A DNA stretch of 64,000 nt from a virus, in IMG/VR virus record IMGVR_UViG_3300047334_000085; one strand, written 5' to 3'. Below, piece after piece: positions 36,743-45,288 of this stretch. The notes beneath the pieces are model-generated. The model made no database searches. It was given only the letters and a program-made list of their open reading frames with translations, and was not told where the DNA came from. Within the stretch, counting starts at the first letter, position 1. Each line of letters opens with the position of its first letter. Both the position numbers and the translations under genes were made by a program.

Positions 36743-37468
36743 ATGACCACCGCCCTCGATCTGATCCAGGACAGTCTCGAAATGCTCGGCGTCTACGGGC
36801 CGGGCGACGCGATCAGTTCCGCCGACAGTTCCCGCTCGCTGATCGTGCTGAACGACATGCTGGATAGCTGGTCGAACGACGCGATGACCTGCTTTGCATG
36901 GCTGCAACAGTCATTCGCGCTGGCGGTCAACGTCACCCAGTACACATGCGGACCGGGCGGAACCATCAGCAACGTCCGCCCGCTGCGCGTCTCGGACAGC
37001 GCCGGATCCGCCTACATCCTCGATCAGAACAACAACAAATACCCGATGGATGTGGTCGACCAGCTTACCTACAACCTGCGCACCACGGCGGCGGTGAACT
37101 CGAACCTGCCCGACACGCTGTTCTACGACCCGCAATTCCCCTTGGGCATCGTCAACATCTGGCCAACCCCGTCGCAGGTCTACGAAGTCTACTTCTTCTC
37201 GTATCTGCAACTGGCGGAATTCCCGACGATCTACACCGCCGTCTCCCTGCCGCCCGGCTACAATCTGGCGATCAAGACCAACCTGGCGGTCGCACTGAAA
37301 CCGTATTTCACCTCCGCCCAGCTTGATCCGATCATCATCAAACGGGCCGCCGAAAGCCTCGGTTCGGTCAAGCGCAACAACAACCGCACCCAGCGGTCGA
37401 TTTACGAGCCCGAAATCATCGCGCGCGGCCAGTCCACGTACAACATCCGCTCGGATCGAAACTACTAA
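36743..37468 (+). CDS. Head-to-tail adaptor, P22 gp4-like
   Basis: The N-terminus (LDLIQDSLEMLGVYGPGDAISSADSSRSLIVLNDMLDSWSND) mirrors gp4 (LVRAALRKLGV...DAVDDLEAMMAEW). It lies upstream of the gp10-like gene. Confidence 0.55.
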   Translation: MTTALDLIQDSLEMLGVYGPGDAISSADSSRSLIVLNDMLDSWSNDAMTCFAWLQQSFALAVNVTQYTCGPGGTISNVRPLRVSDSAGSAYILDQNNNKYPMDVVDQLTYNLRTTAAVNSNLPDTLFYDPQFPLGIVNIWPTPSQVYEVYFFSYLQLAEFPTIYTAVSLPPGYNLAIKTNLAVALKPYFTSAQLDPIIIKRAAESLGSVKRNNNRTQRSIYEPEIIARGQSTYNIRSDRNY

Positions 37469-37483
37469 CCCGAGAGGACCGAC

Positions 37484-39817
37484 ATGGCGCAATCCCCGAT
37501 CCTGGGCGGTTTTTCCAGATCCCGGTCGGCCAATGTCAGCGATGGCGAGGCTTACAATCTCTATCTCGAAGTCGTCGAAACCAAGGACGGCAAAGTTCCC
37601 GGCGCGCTTTACCTCACCGCCGGGCTGGACCTGATCGGCACACTCGGACCCGGCCCGGTGCGCGGCGTCAAAGTGCTCAACGACGTGCTCTATGTGGTCT
37701 CCGGCAACAACGTCTACAGCCTGACCGAGAACGGCACCGCAACGCTGATAGGCCAGATCGTCGATGGCACGGCGCCTGTCTCGATGTTCCAGAACACCAA
37801 GCAGATCATGATCGTGGACGGCGTCGGCGGCTGGCTGGCACCTGGCGGCTATCCGCTGACCGGTGGCACCATCACCGGCAGCGCAACCAACCCGACCACC
37901 GGCGCCAACGTCACACTCACCGGCCTCGCCGGCGGCCTGTATGCGGTCAACGACACGATCACCCTGCAAGCGGCGACGGGAACCCAGACCAGCTATCCGA
38001 TCTTGATGGTGACGGCGATCGCCAACAATCCGGTCACGCTCTACACACTGCCCAACGCCGGGACGACGTACAACTCGAACACCTCCAACACCACCACCGC
38101 GATCACCGGCAAACCCGGCGTCGGCTCGGGCCTGACACTCAATACCACCGCCACATCGGGCGTGCTGACGGCCGCGACCGTGGCAGCGGGCGGCAGCCAG
38201 TACGCGCTGAACGATACCGGCCTGATCAAAACCTACTCGGAAGACGCGGTGTATCAGGTCACCGGCGTGTCGGCCGGCGTGGTCACCTCGGTGCGGCTGC
38301 TTTACGGCGGTTCGGAATATGCGAGCGGCACGGGACAGGCCACACTCGCCGCACCCGCCGTGCCCGCCGCCAACGGAACCGGCTTCATCATCAGCACCAC
38401 CGCCAGCGCCGGGCCGATCACCGCCTCCACCCTGGTCGCCGGCGGCAAGAGTTACGTCGTCGGCAATGTCGGCTCAATCGATGGCGGCAGCGGCGATGCG
38501 ACATATCGGGTGACGGCGATCGGCCCGTCCGGGATGGTCAGCGCCTTCACCATCACCCAGGCCGGAACGGTCAACGACAAGGCCGCCACCTTCACCCAAA
38601 AGAGCACCTCCGGCTCCGGTTCGGGCTTTACCCTGACATCGCCCGGATACGGCTCGTTTCTCGGGCTGGTCGAGATCACCCTGCCGTTTCCCAACCCGAC
38701 CGTCGGCGGGATCTCGGACGGCTTCGGCGTGCTGGTGTTCCAGGGCCAGCAATACCTCGCCGCATCCGACGAACTGGACCTCTCGACATGGCAGCCGCTG
38801 TCGTACGGCGTTTCCGACAGTTCGCCCGATAATTGTATGTCTTTGGCGGTGATTCACGACGAAGTTTACCTGATCAAAGAAAATCACACGGAAATCTGGA
38901 TCGACAATGGAACGTCGCCGTTTCCGTTCGCACTGCTCACCTCCGCGCGCATGGAAAGCGGCACCATCGCGCCGTTTTCGCCCGCACCGCTGGGCGAATT
39001 CCTGCTGTGGCTGTCGCGCAATGAACAGGGCAAGGGCATCGTTGTCCGCGCCCAAGGCTACAATCTCATCCCGGTTTCCACACAGGCGCTGATCGCGGAA
39101 TTCGACACCTATGCGAACCTTGGCGACGCCATCGGCTACGGCCGCCAACAAGGCGGGCATCAGTTCTATGTGCTGACCTTCCCCGAGGCGAACAAAACCT
39201 GGGTCTATGACCTGACATCGAGCGAACTCACCGGCGTGCCGCAATGGCACCGCCTGGCCGCCTGGACCGACGGGCAGTGGAACCGCCACGCCGGCAACTG
39301 CTTCACCCCCTGGACCGGTTCGGTCACGCTGGTCAGCACCACCACCACCTATCAGGCGAACTCGGTGATCATCACCGGCGAGACGCTGGAAACCGCGCAA
39401 GGGCTGGTGGGGCTGCCAACCAGCTTCTACACCGCGCTGTTCTCGGTGTGGCTGAACCTGCCGGAAAGCGGCGGGACGGGGCTGATCTTCTCCAACCAGG
39501 GCGGCATGGCGACGCCGGGCCTGTCCATCACCATCCAGAACGACGCCACCGGCAGCCCGCAAATCACCGTCAAAGCCTGGGATTCATCGTCCGCCGCGAT
39601 CGTGGTGGCGACGTATGACTTCACCACCTGGGCGGCGTGGGTGAACATCCTGATCTCGATCGACACCGCGACGCAGCAATTGCAGGTCTACGCCAACACG
39701 ATCGTCTCGAACAAATTGGTCGAAAGCAATCTGTCGCCGGTGGCGATCACGTGGTCTTCCAGCCATGCGATTGCGCCGTCGGCGACGCAATCCTGGGCCG
39801 TCACTGCGGTTCCATGA
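37484..39817 (+). CDS. P22 gp10-like tail-hub protein with an inserted Thr/Gly-rich region and a C-terminal LamG/ConA-like domain
   Basis: N-terminal propeller-like segments and ...GHQFYVLTFPEANKTWVYDLTSSE..VPQWHRL parallel gp10 (HELLIIHLPRHVLVYDASSSQNGPQWCVL). The tail (LFSVWLNLPESGGTGLIFSN...ILISID...LQVYAN) is LamG-like. Confidence 0.6.
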   Translation: MAQSPILGGFSRSRSANVSDGEAYNLYLEVVETKDGKVPGALYLTAGLDLIGTLGPGPVRGVKVLNDVLYVVSGNNVYSLTENGTATLIGQIVDGTAPVSMFQNTKQIMIVDGVGGWLAPGGYPLTGGTITGSATNPTTGANVTLTGLAGGLYAVNDTITLQAATGTQTSYPILMVTAIANNPVTLYTLPNAGTTYNSNTSNTTTAITGKPGVGSGLTLNTTATSGVLTAATVAAGGSQYALNDTGLIKTYSEDAVYQVTGVSAGVVTSVRLLYGGSEYASGTGQATLAAPAVPAANGTGFIISTTASAGPITASTLVAGGKSYVVGNVGSIDGGSGDATYRVTAIGPSGMVSAFTITQAGTVNDKAATFTQKSTSGSGSGFTLTSPGYGSFLGLVEITLPFPNPTVGGISDGFGVLVFQGQQYLAASDELDLSTWQPLSYGVSDSSPDNCMSLAVIHDEVYLIKENHTEIWIDNGTSPFPFALLTSARMESGTIAPFSPAPLGEFLLWLSRNEQGKGIVVRAQGYNLIPVSTQALIAEFDTYANLGDAIGYGRQQGGHQFYVLTFPEANKTWVYDLTSSELTGVPQWHRLAAWTDGQWNRHAGNCFTPWTGSVTLVSTTTTYQANSVIITGETLETAQGLVGLPTSFYTALFSVWLNLPESGGTGLIFSNQGGMATPGLSITIQNDATGSPQITVKAWDSSSAAIVVATYDFTTWAAWVNILISIDTATQQLQVYANTIVSNKLVESNLSPVAITWSSSHAIAPSATQSWAVTAVP

Positions 39818-41478
39818 CCTACAGCATCGTCAACCTGGGCCATCTTTCGGGCGGCAACCTCAGCTATGCGATGGCGGTCTCCGCCGATGGCACGACGGTA
39901 ACCGGCTATGCCAACACAAGCACGGGCGGCGCCTCGCAAGCGTTCTACTGGACCTCCGGTTCGGGGATGGTCGGCATCGGCACGGTCAGCGGCCAGACCA
40001 CGGCCGCCGGGCTGGCCCTGTCCGCGAACGGGTCTGTCATCGTCGGCGTGTCCGGCACGCACGGCTTCCGCTGGACCTCTGGCACCGGGATTGTCGATCT
40101 CGGCGTCAACAACGTGCCGTTTTGCTGTTCGTCCGACGGCAGCACCGTCTACGGCAACAACATCTCGACCGGACAGGGGTTTGTCTGGACCTCGGGCAGC
40201 GGCGTGGTCGCCATCCCCGGACCAAGCGGGCTGTATGGCGCGGTCTGGCAACTCAACGGCTGCTCTGGCGACGGCATAACCACCGTCGGCTATTATTTCG
40301 ATGGGTCCGGCGTCACCCACGCCTGCACCCGGACATCGGCCGGCGGCTTCGTCACCCTGGCCAACCTGCCGGGCGGCACATCAGCCGACAACAGCGTAGC
40401 CAACGGCATTTCCTCCGACGGGACGGTGATCTTCGGCTCGGACCAGTCGGTCGGCGAAGGCATCTGGACCAACGGCACGCCATCACTCACCGCGACCATC
40501 GCGCAAAACCCGCAATCCAATCCGGGTTATGCGGTCGGTGTCTGGGATCATCTGTCCTCGAACGGCTCTGTCATCGTTGCCAGCGGCTATCAGGCGCTGG
40601 TCAGCGGCAGCGTGGTCGACCTGCCCAATCTGGGCCTCGGCAACAGCAGCACCTTTGCCACCGGCGTGAACGGCGACGGTTCGGTGCTGGCCGGCGCGTC
40701 CTTCAATGCCAGCAATGTCTGCTATGCGGTGATCTGGACGAGCGCGACGCCGCCACCCAGCCAGGAAGCGACGGTTGCGGAATTGTTCTTCGCCGCCACC
40801 TCGGGCTTCGTCGATCTCACCGTGCCGTCCAACCGGCGCCTGTTCATCTCGGCGGCCGGCGGCGCGGAAAACCTCGGCGCCAACGGCCAGGCGCCGTTCG
40901 GCGTGGTGCCGGCGGTGTTCCTCACCTCGAACGGCACACCCTCATCCTTTGCCGCCAATGCCGGGCGCGGCGGCGCGTTCGCGATCACCGGCGGCAGCCT
41001 CACGGCGGGCGGCTCGGCGCCACCCGGCTCATCGCAGACCGTGACGACGGAGCAGGTCAATTCCACCGGCCAGGGCGTGCTGGGCGACTATGCCTCGGGC
41101 AACCTCTATGCGTTCAACCCGAAAACCAAACTCGACAACGGCGTGCAACGCCGCTGGCTGCGCCGCTGGCGCGCCCTGCCCGGCGGCAACCCGTCCGCCA
41201 AGACCTTCGCCGCGCTGTGGGTGGATATGCAGACCGGTGCGGGCGTGCCGGAAGGCACCAACCCGCACGTCATGCTGCGCTGGTCGGACGATGGCGGGCA
41301 CACATGGTCGGATCAACGCATCGAGTCGGTGGGGCTTTTGGGTGTGACAGCGGCCACCGTGAAGTTCAATCGCCTCGGCACGACCAGAAGATTTGCTGCT
41401 TCAGACCGTATTTTCGAGTTGTCATCGGCGGATCAGTTCATGGTGGCCATTCTCGACGCAGGAGTGGATGTCACATGA
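39814..41478 (+). CDS. HAF-type repeat protein whose C-terminus resembles the last module of P22 gp10
   Basis: ATGA coupling. About 5-6 repeats of ~40 aa (A.AVSADG..V.G....QAFYWTSGSGMV.IG). C-terminus is ...MLRWSDDGGHTWSDQRIESVG...VKFNRLGTTRR..FELS. Confidence 0.55.
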   Translation: MTYSIVNLGHLSGGNLSYAMAVSADGTTVTGYANTSTGGASQAFYWTSGSGMVGIGTVSGQTTAAGLALSANGSVIVGVSGTHGFRWTSGTGIVDLGVNNVPFCCSSDGSTVYGNNISTGQGFVWTSGSGVVAIPGPSGLYGAVWQLNGCSGDGITTVGYYFDGSGVTHACTRTSAGGFVTLANLPGGTSADNSVANGISSDGTVIFGSDQSVGEGIWTNGTPSLTATIAQNPQSNPGYAVGVWDHLSSNGSVIVASGYQALVSGSVVDLPNLGLGNSSTFATGVNGDGSVLAGASFNASNVCYAVIWTSATPPPSQEATVAELFFAATSGFVDLTVPSNRRLFISAAGGAENLGANGQAPFGVVPAVFLTSNGTPSSFAANAGRGGAFAITGGSLTAGGSAPPGSSQTVTTEQVNSTGQGVLGDYASGNLYAFNPKTKLDNGVQRRWLRRWRALPGGNPSAKTFAALWVDMQTGAGVPEGTNPHVMLRWSDDGGHTWSDQRIESVGLLGVTAATVKFNRLGTTRRFAASDRIFELSSADQFMVAILDAGVDVT

Positions 41479-42065
41479 AGTCAAAGCCGTTTCTCATCAC
41501 CGGGCTGCCTCGCTCGCGAACCGCCTGGATGGCGGCGGCAGCGCTGAATGACGTCTCGATCTGCGTGCATGAACCGCTGCGCAGCGCCGAACGATGGGAA
41601 GACGTGTTCACGACGGTGTGGAACATGAGCGGATTTCGCTATCTTGGCGTGTCCGATCACGGCATGGGCTTTCACCTGCCCGAGATCATGAACCGGCTCG
41701 CGCCGCAAACCCTGATCATCCAGCGGCCGATCCGGGAGGTGGAAGCCTCGCTGCGGCGGCTGCGCTTGCCCGACAGCAATATCTGCGAGCTTCTGCAAGG
41801 CGTTCTCGACTCGGTGCATCACCATGCAATCATGCGCGTGGCGTATGATGATCTCTGCAATACCGCCACCGTGGCGCGGTGCCTGCGGCATCTGATGCCG
41901 GATGCCAGCATTTCCTGGGACCGCATCCGCAACCTGCAACGGCTGAACATCCAGGCGCACGATATCGGCGCGGTGATCACCGACGGTATCACGCGCGGCC
42001 GGAAACGCGACGTGTGCAAGCTGATCCCGCCGCATCTCGTTGAACAGTTCCGCCTGCTGGCATGA
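41475..42065 (+). CDS. Sulfotransferase-fold-like (P-loop PRS.T) hypothetical protein
   Basis: ATGA coupling. The N-terminus (FLITGLPRSRTAWMAAA....HEP) resembles the 5'-PSB loop of Stf0-type sulfotransferases. This is a weak match. Confidence 0.4.
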   Translation: MKSKPFLITGLPRSRTAWMAAAALNDVSICVHEPLRSAERWEDVFTTVWNMSGFRYLGVSDHGMGFHLPEIMNRLAPQTLIIQRPIREVEASLRRLRLPDSNICELLQGVLDSVHHHAIMRVAYDDLCNTATVARCLRHLMPDASISWDRIRNLQRLNIQAHDIGAVITDGITRGRKRDVCKLIPPHLVEQFRLLA

Positions 42066-42835
42066 CCATCAAACCGATCATCCTCGCCCCGCGCGAACAG
42101 TTCACCGACAAGGACGGCAACATCGCGCGTTCCTGGTGGCGGGCGCTGAATACGCTTTTCAACAATTCCGGGACCCTCGCCTCGCCGCTGGTGACCACCG
42201 CAAGTGCGGTGCTGTCGGCGGCGGATCTGAGCAGCGGCGGGACAATCTCCGCACCCGACATGCCGGCGGAGACGCTGCTGGGCAATGCCACCGCTACCGC
42301 CGCGCAGCCGGGAACGGTCGAGGTCGGATCGTCGCTGGCGTTCAACAGCGGCACGATCAATCTGGCAAGCCTCCCGGCAGGCACCTTGCTGGGCAATGGC
42401 GGTTCGCTGGCGGCGGTCCCCAGCGAGGTGGCGATCGGCAGCAACCTCACGCTGGCGAGCGGCACGCTGTCCGTGTCAGACAGCATCGATACGACCTATG
42501 CCTATACGATCCGGGATACGCGCGGGCAGGTGAACGACGCCACCGCACTGGCCAACGAGGCGCTGACGCTGGCCGTGCTCGGGGGATCAGGAACATCGGG
42601 CGGCGCAGGCACCATCACCGTGGCGGCCGATAGCCTGTTCGGCAATGCCGGGACGGTTGCCGCAGCCGGGCAAAGCATATCGGTCGGCTACGGCCTCACC
42701 CTGACAACGCTGGGCACCCTGGCAATCAATCCGCTGACCGCGCCGATCTGGGCGCCGCTGGTCAATGGCGACCTGCCAGGCCCCACCCTCATCGCCGATC
42801 CGCTCGGCCAGTGCATCATGGTTGAAATCCGATGA
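42062..42835 (+). CDS. Tail fibre-like protein
   Basis: ATGA coupling. Repeated motif LLGN...P..V.IGS.L....GTL. Confidence 0.55.
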   Translation: MTIKPIILAPREQFTDKDGNIARSWWRALNTLFNNSGTLASPLVTTASAVLSAADLSSGGTISAPDMPAETLLGNATATAAQPGTVEVGSSLAFNSGTINLASLPAGTLLGNGGSLAAVPSEVAIGSNLTLASGTLSVSDSIDTTYAYTIRDTRGQVNDATALANEALTLAVLGGSGTSGGAGTITVAADSLFGNAGTVAAAGQSISVGYGLTLTTLGTLAINPLTAPIWAPLVNGDLPGPTLIADPLGQCIMVEIR

Positions 42836-44169
42836 CATCATCCATCCTCACCGACTATCTCGGCCAGGGTTTGGCATCGGCGCGGCCGACCACGCCGCCG
42901 ATCGCAACCACCGCACTGGCGCTTTACTACGCCGACGATACCGGCGTGCTGTCGCTGTGGGATACCCAAACCAGCGCCTGGGTGACCGTGGTAGGCGGCG
43001 GCACGGCATTGAGCGCGGTGGGAACCGGCCTGACCATCACCTCGCCCGGCACCGTGGCCCTCGATCCGCTGGGCACCGGGCTTTCGATCAGCGGCGGGAC
43101 GATCAACGCGCAATGGTCGGGCGGGGCAATCACCACCGTCGGCCCTGGACTGCACACCGCATCGAACACCCTGGCGGCGAACTGGAACGGCGGCACGGTC
43201 AACGCGCTGGGCACCGGGCTTGCGATCTCCGGCGGATCACTGGTGCCGAACTGGGAAGCCGGCACCATCACCACCGTGGGTGCGGGGCTGTTCACGTCCG
43301 CCAACACCCTCGAAGCGAACTGGAACGGCGGCACGGTGACCACGCTGGGCAGCGGTCTGTCGCTGACCGGTGGCACGCTGATCGCCACGGGCGGCGGCGG
43401 CGGCGGGGTTTCGACCATCGTGGCTGGCGGGGGCCTGACGGGTGGCACGATCACCACCTCGGGCACCATCGCGGCGAACTGGAACGGCGGGACGGTGACA
43501 TCGCTGGGTTCGGGGCTGACGCTGTCGGGCGGCACCCTGTCGGCATCGGGCGGCGGCGGCACCACGCTGCCGTTCTTCAACATCGCCGCCGGCGTGCCCT
43601 CGCTGTCTTCCTTCACCCAGGTCAACGTCTCCGGCACGACCTCGATTGCGCAGTCCTCGACCGAAAAGGTCATCACCCTGAGCGACACCGGGGCCAACTT
43701 GTTCGATCTACGGGGAATTACGTACCCAGCCCCGTCAACGCCGTACCGGATTGCCATGCTTGTGTGCGACGATCCCGGCATTACCCCACAGCGCGGTCTG
43801 GTCTGGGGTTTCAGCGACGGCACGAAATATCAGGTCCTGTATCGGTTCAATTCGAGCAGCGGGCTGTATCTGGTCGATTTCAGCGACGCCAATACCGAAG
43901 CCGGCGCCAGTTCGCAGCCTTCGCCGCCGGTGTTCACGGGCGGCGCGCAAATCTGGCTCGGCTGCCACAATGACGGAACCAACATCTATTACGAAATGAG
44001 CACCGACGGCGTGGTGTGGTCGACGATCTATTCGACCACGATCGCGGGCAATTACATCACCACCATTGCCAGCGTGTTTGTCGGGATCTCGCCGCAATCG
44101 ACCGCGACGCCGTCGGCATTTTCAATCCAGTGCTTCGACCCCAACGGCTTGACCAGAGCCTTCACCTGA
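42832..44169 (+). CDS. Tail fibre protein with (A/E)NWNGGTV..LG.GL...GGTL repeats and a C-terminal beta-sandwich-like domain
   Basis: ATGA coupling. The repeats are read directly from the translation. Confidence 0.65.
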   Translation: MTSSILTDYLGQGLASARPTTPPIATTALALYYADDTGVLSLWDTQTSAWVTVVGGGTALSAVGTGLTITSPGTVALDPLGTGLSISGGTINAQWSGGAITTVGPGLHTASNTLAANWNGGTVNALGTGLAISGGSLVPNWEAGTITTVGAGLFTSANTLEANWNGGTVTTLGSGLSLTGGTLIATGGGGGGVSTIVAGGGLTGGTITTSGTIAANWNGGTVTSLGSGLTLSGGTLSASGGGGTTLPFFNIAAGVPSLSSFTQVNVSGTTSIAQSSTEKVITLSDTGANLFDLRGITYPAPSTPYRIAMLVCDDPGITPQRGLVWGFSDGTKYQVLYRFNSSSGLYLVDFSDANTEAGASSQPSPPVFTGGAQIWLGCHNDGTNIYYEMSTDGVVWSTIYSTTIAGNYITTIASVFVGISPQSTATPSAFSIQCFDPNGLTRAFT

Positions 44170-44185
44170 CGCGAGAGACACAGCC

Positions 44186-44527
44186 ATGAGCGTGCAAGTC
44201 ATTCAGATGTTTACGCCGACGGTGCTGACCACCTCGGCGGCGACGCTGTACACGGTCTCGACTGGCAGCGCGGCCTCGGTGCTGGCGCGCGGGCGCATCC
44301 GCTTCACCAACACCACGGCGGTGGCCGCAACCGTCACGGCTTACGGTGTGCCATCCGCCGGCACGGCTGGATCGGGCAACAATTTCTGCCCGACCTTGTC
44401 TGTGCCGGCTTACTCGAACCTCGATGTCGACGTGCCGGTGATCGGTGAAGGCGGGTTCATTCAGGCGCTGGCCTCGGCGGGGACGACAGTGACCGCGCAC
44501 GCTATGGATGGGGTGCTGTTCAGCTAA
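44186..44527 (+). CDS. Small beta-rich protein downstream of the fibres
   Basis: ORF track. GAGAGA before the ATG. Confidence 0.5.
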   Translation: MSVQVIQMFTPTVLTTSAATLYTVSTGSAASVLARGRIRFTNTTAVAATVTAYGVPSAGTAGSGNNFCPTLSVPAYSNLDVDVPVIGEGGFIQALASAGTTVTAHAMDGVLFS

Positions 44528-44631
44528 AGACGGTAAACCAGCACCAACTCGACCACCGACAAAAGCAAGCTGATCGCGCACATCCAGATGCAGTAATTCA
44601 GCTTGCGGATGGTTTTGTCCGTCTCGGCCAT
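44524..44631 (-). CDS. Micro-ORF, 35 aa, single TM
   Basis: Not in the ORF track. Translation is MAETDKTIRKLNYCIWMCAISLLLSVVELVLVYRL. TGATG coupling to the upstream micro-ORF. Its stop overlaps the convergent gene end. Confidence 0.35.
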   Translation of the reverse strand: MAETDKTIRKLNYCIWMCAISLLLSVVELVLVYRL

Positions 44632-44741
44632 CAGATCGCGCCCGTCTTGATGGCGATCAGAACAAGCAGCCACACGATCGCGCTGCCTTCCACGGCCAGA
44701 AGACCCATCAGCACCGGAAACGCCCAGCGAGGGGCCGGCAT
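44631..44741 (-). CDS. Micro-ORF, 36 aa, single TM
   Basis: Not in the ORF track. Translation is MPAPRWAFPVLMGLLAVEGSAIVWLLVLIAIKTGAI. TGATG coupling to the 44741..45088 gene. Confidence 0.35.
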   Translation of the reverse strand: MPAPRWAFPVLMGLLAVEGSAIVWLLVLIAIKTGAI

Positions 44742-45088
44742 CATTTGCGCTTGGCTTTTTCCAGCGCGATCACGCGCGCTTCCAACTCGATATAGAGATT
44801 GAACAAACTCTTGGCTTGTTCGGCCAGCGGGAGGCTTTCACGGAGCGCATCCGGCGCCGTTTCTTCTGCGCTGTCGGCGTCACCAAAGCCCACGATTGTC
44901 TTAGCATCGAGGCGATCTTGAAGTCGGTCGATACGCGCCGTCAGATCGCGGCGGAATAAATTAACCTCAGCGGCAAGCTCGTCGAGTCTGTTAGCGTGAG
45001 CGACCCCCGAATTCACCACGGTGTTTCTCAGTCCCCTAAAATCGCGTCCTAGATCATCCAAAGCCGCCAGGATCAGATCGTCAGACAT
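44741..45088 (-). CDS. Coiled-coil protein in a reversed, AT-richer cassette
   Basis: Start at MSDDLILAALDDLGRDF (internal ATG of track ORF 44741..45178). Heptad-like LDELAAEVNLFRRDLTARIDRLQDRLD. Confidence 0.5.
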   Translation of the reverse strand: MSDDLILAALDDLGRDFRGLRNTVVNSGVAHANRLDELAAEVNLFRRDLTARIDRLQDRLDAKTIVGFGDADSAEETAPDALRESLPLAEQAKSLFNLYIELEARVIALEKAKRK

Positions 45089-45288
45089 CGCAATTCCCCT
45101 CTGTGTCGCCGTTTCGGTAAACACATACACTGCGCGGCAGACAATCAGCAACCGCACAGGCCGGTGGTTTTGCAGCATCGTTGCCGATCACGCGGCCACG
45201 GTGCTACACAGGCGCCTCGACCACACCGGCGTGGGACGTTCCGGGCATCTTCCGTTTCTGACAGCGCAATCGGCGCCGGAGGTGTCCC

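Noticed and set aside
39637-42065. Upstream extensions of track ORFs 39637..41478 and 39765..42065 (613 and 766 aa)
   Set aside because: The N-terminal extensions are out-of-frame read-through of the neighbouring gene (Arg/His/Gly-rich). Real starts are the ATGA-coupled ATGs at 39814 and 41475.
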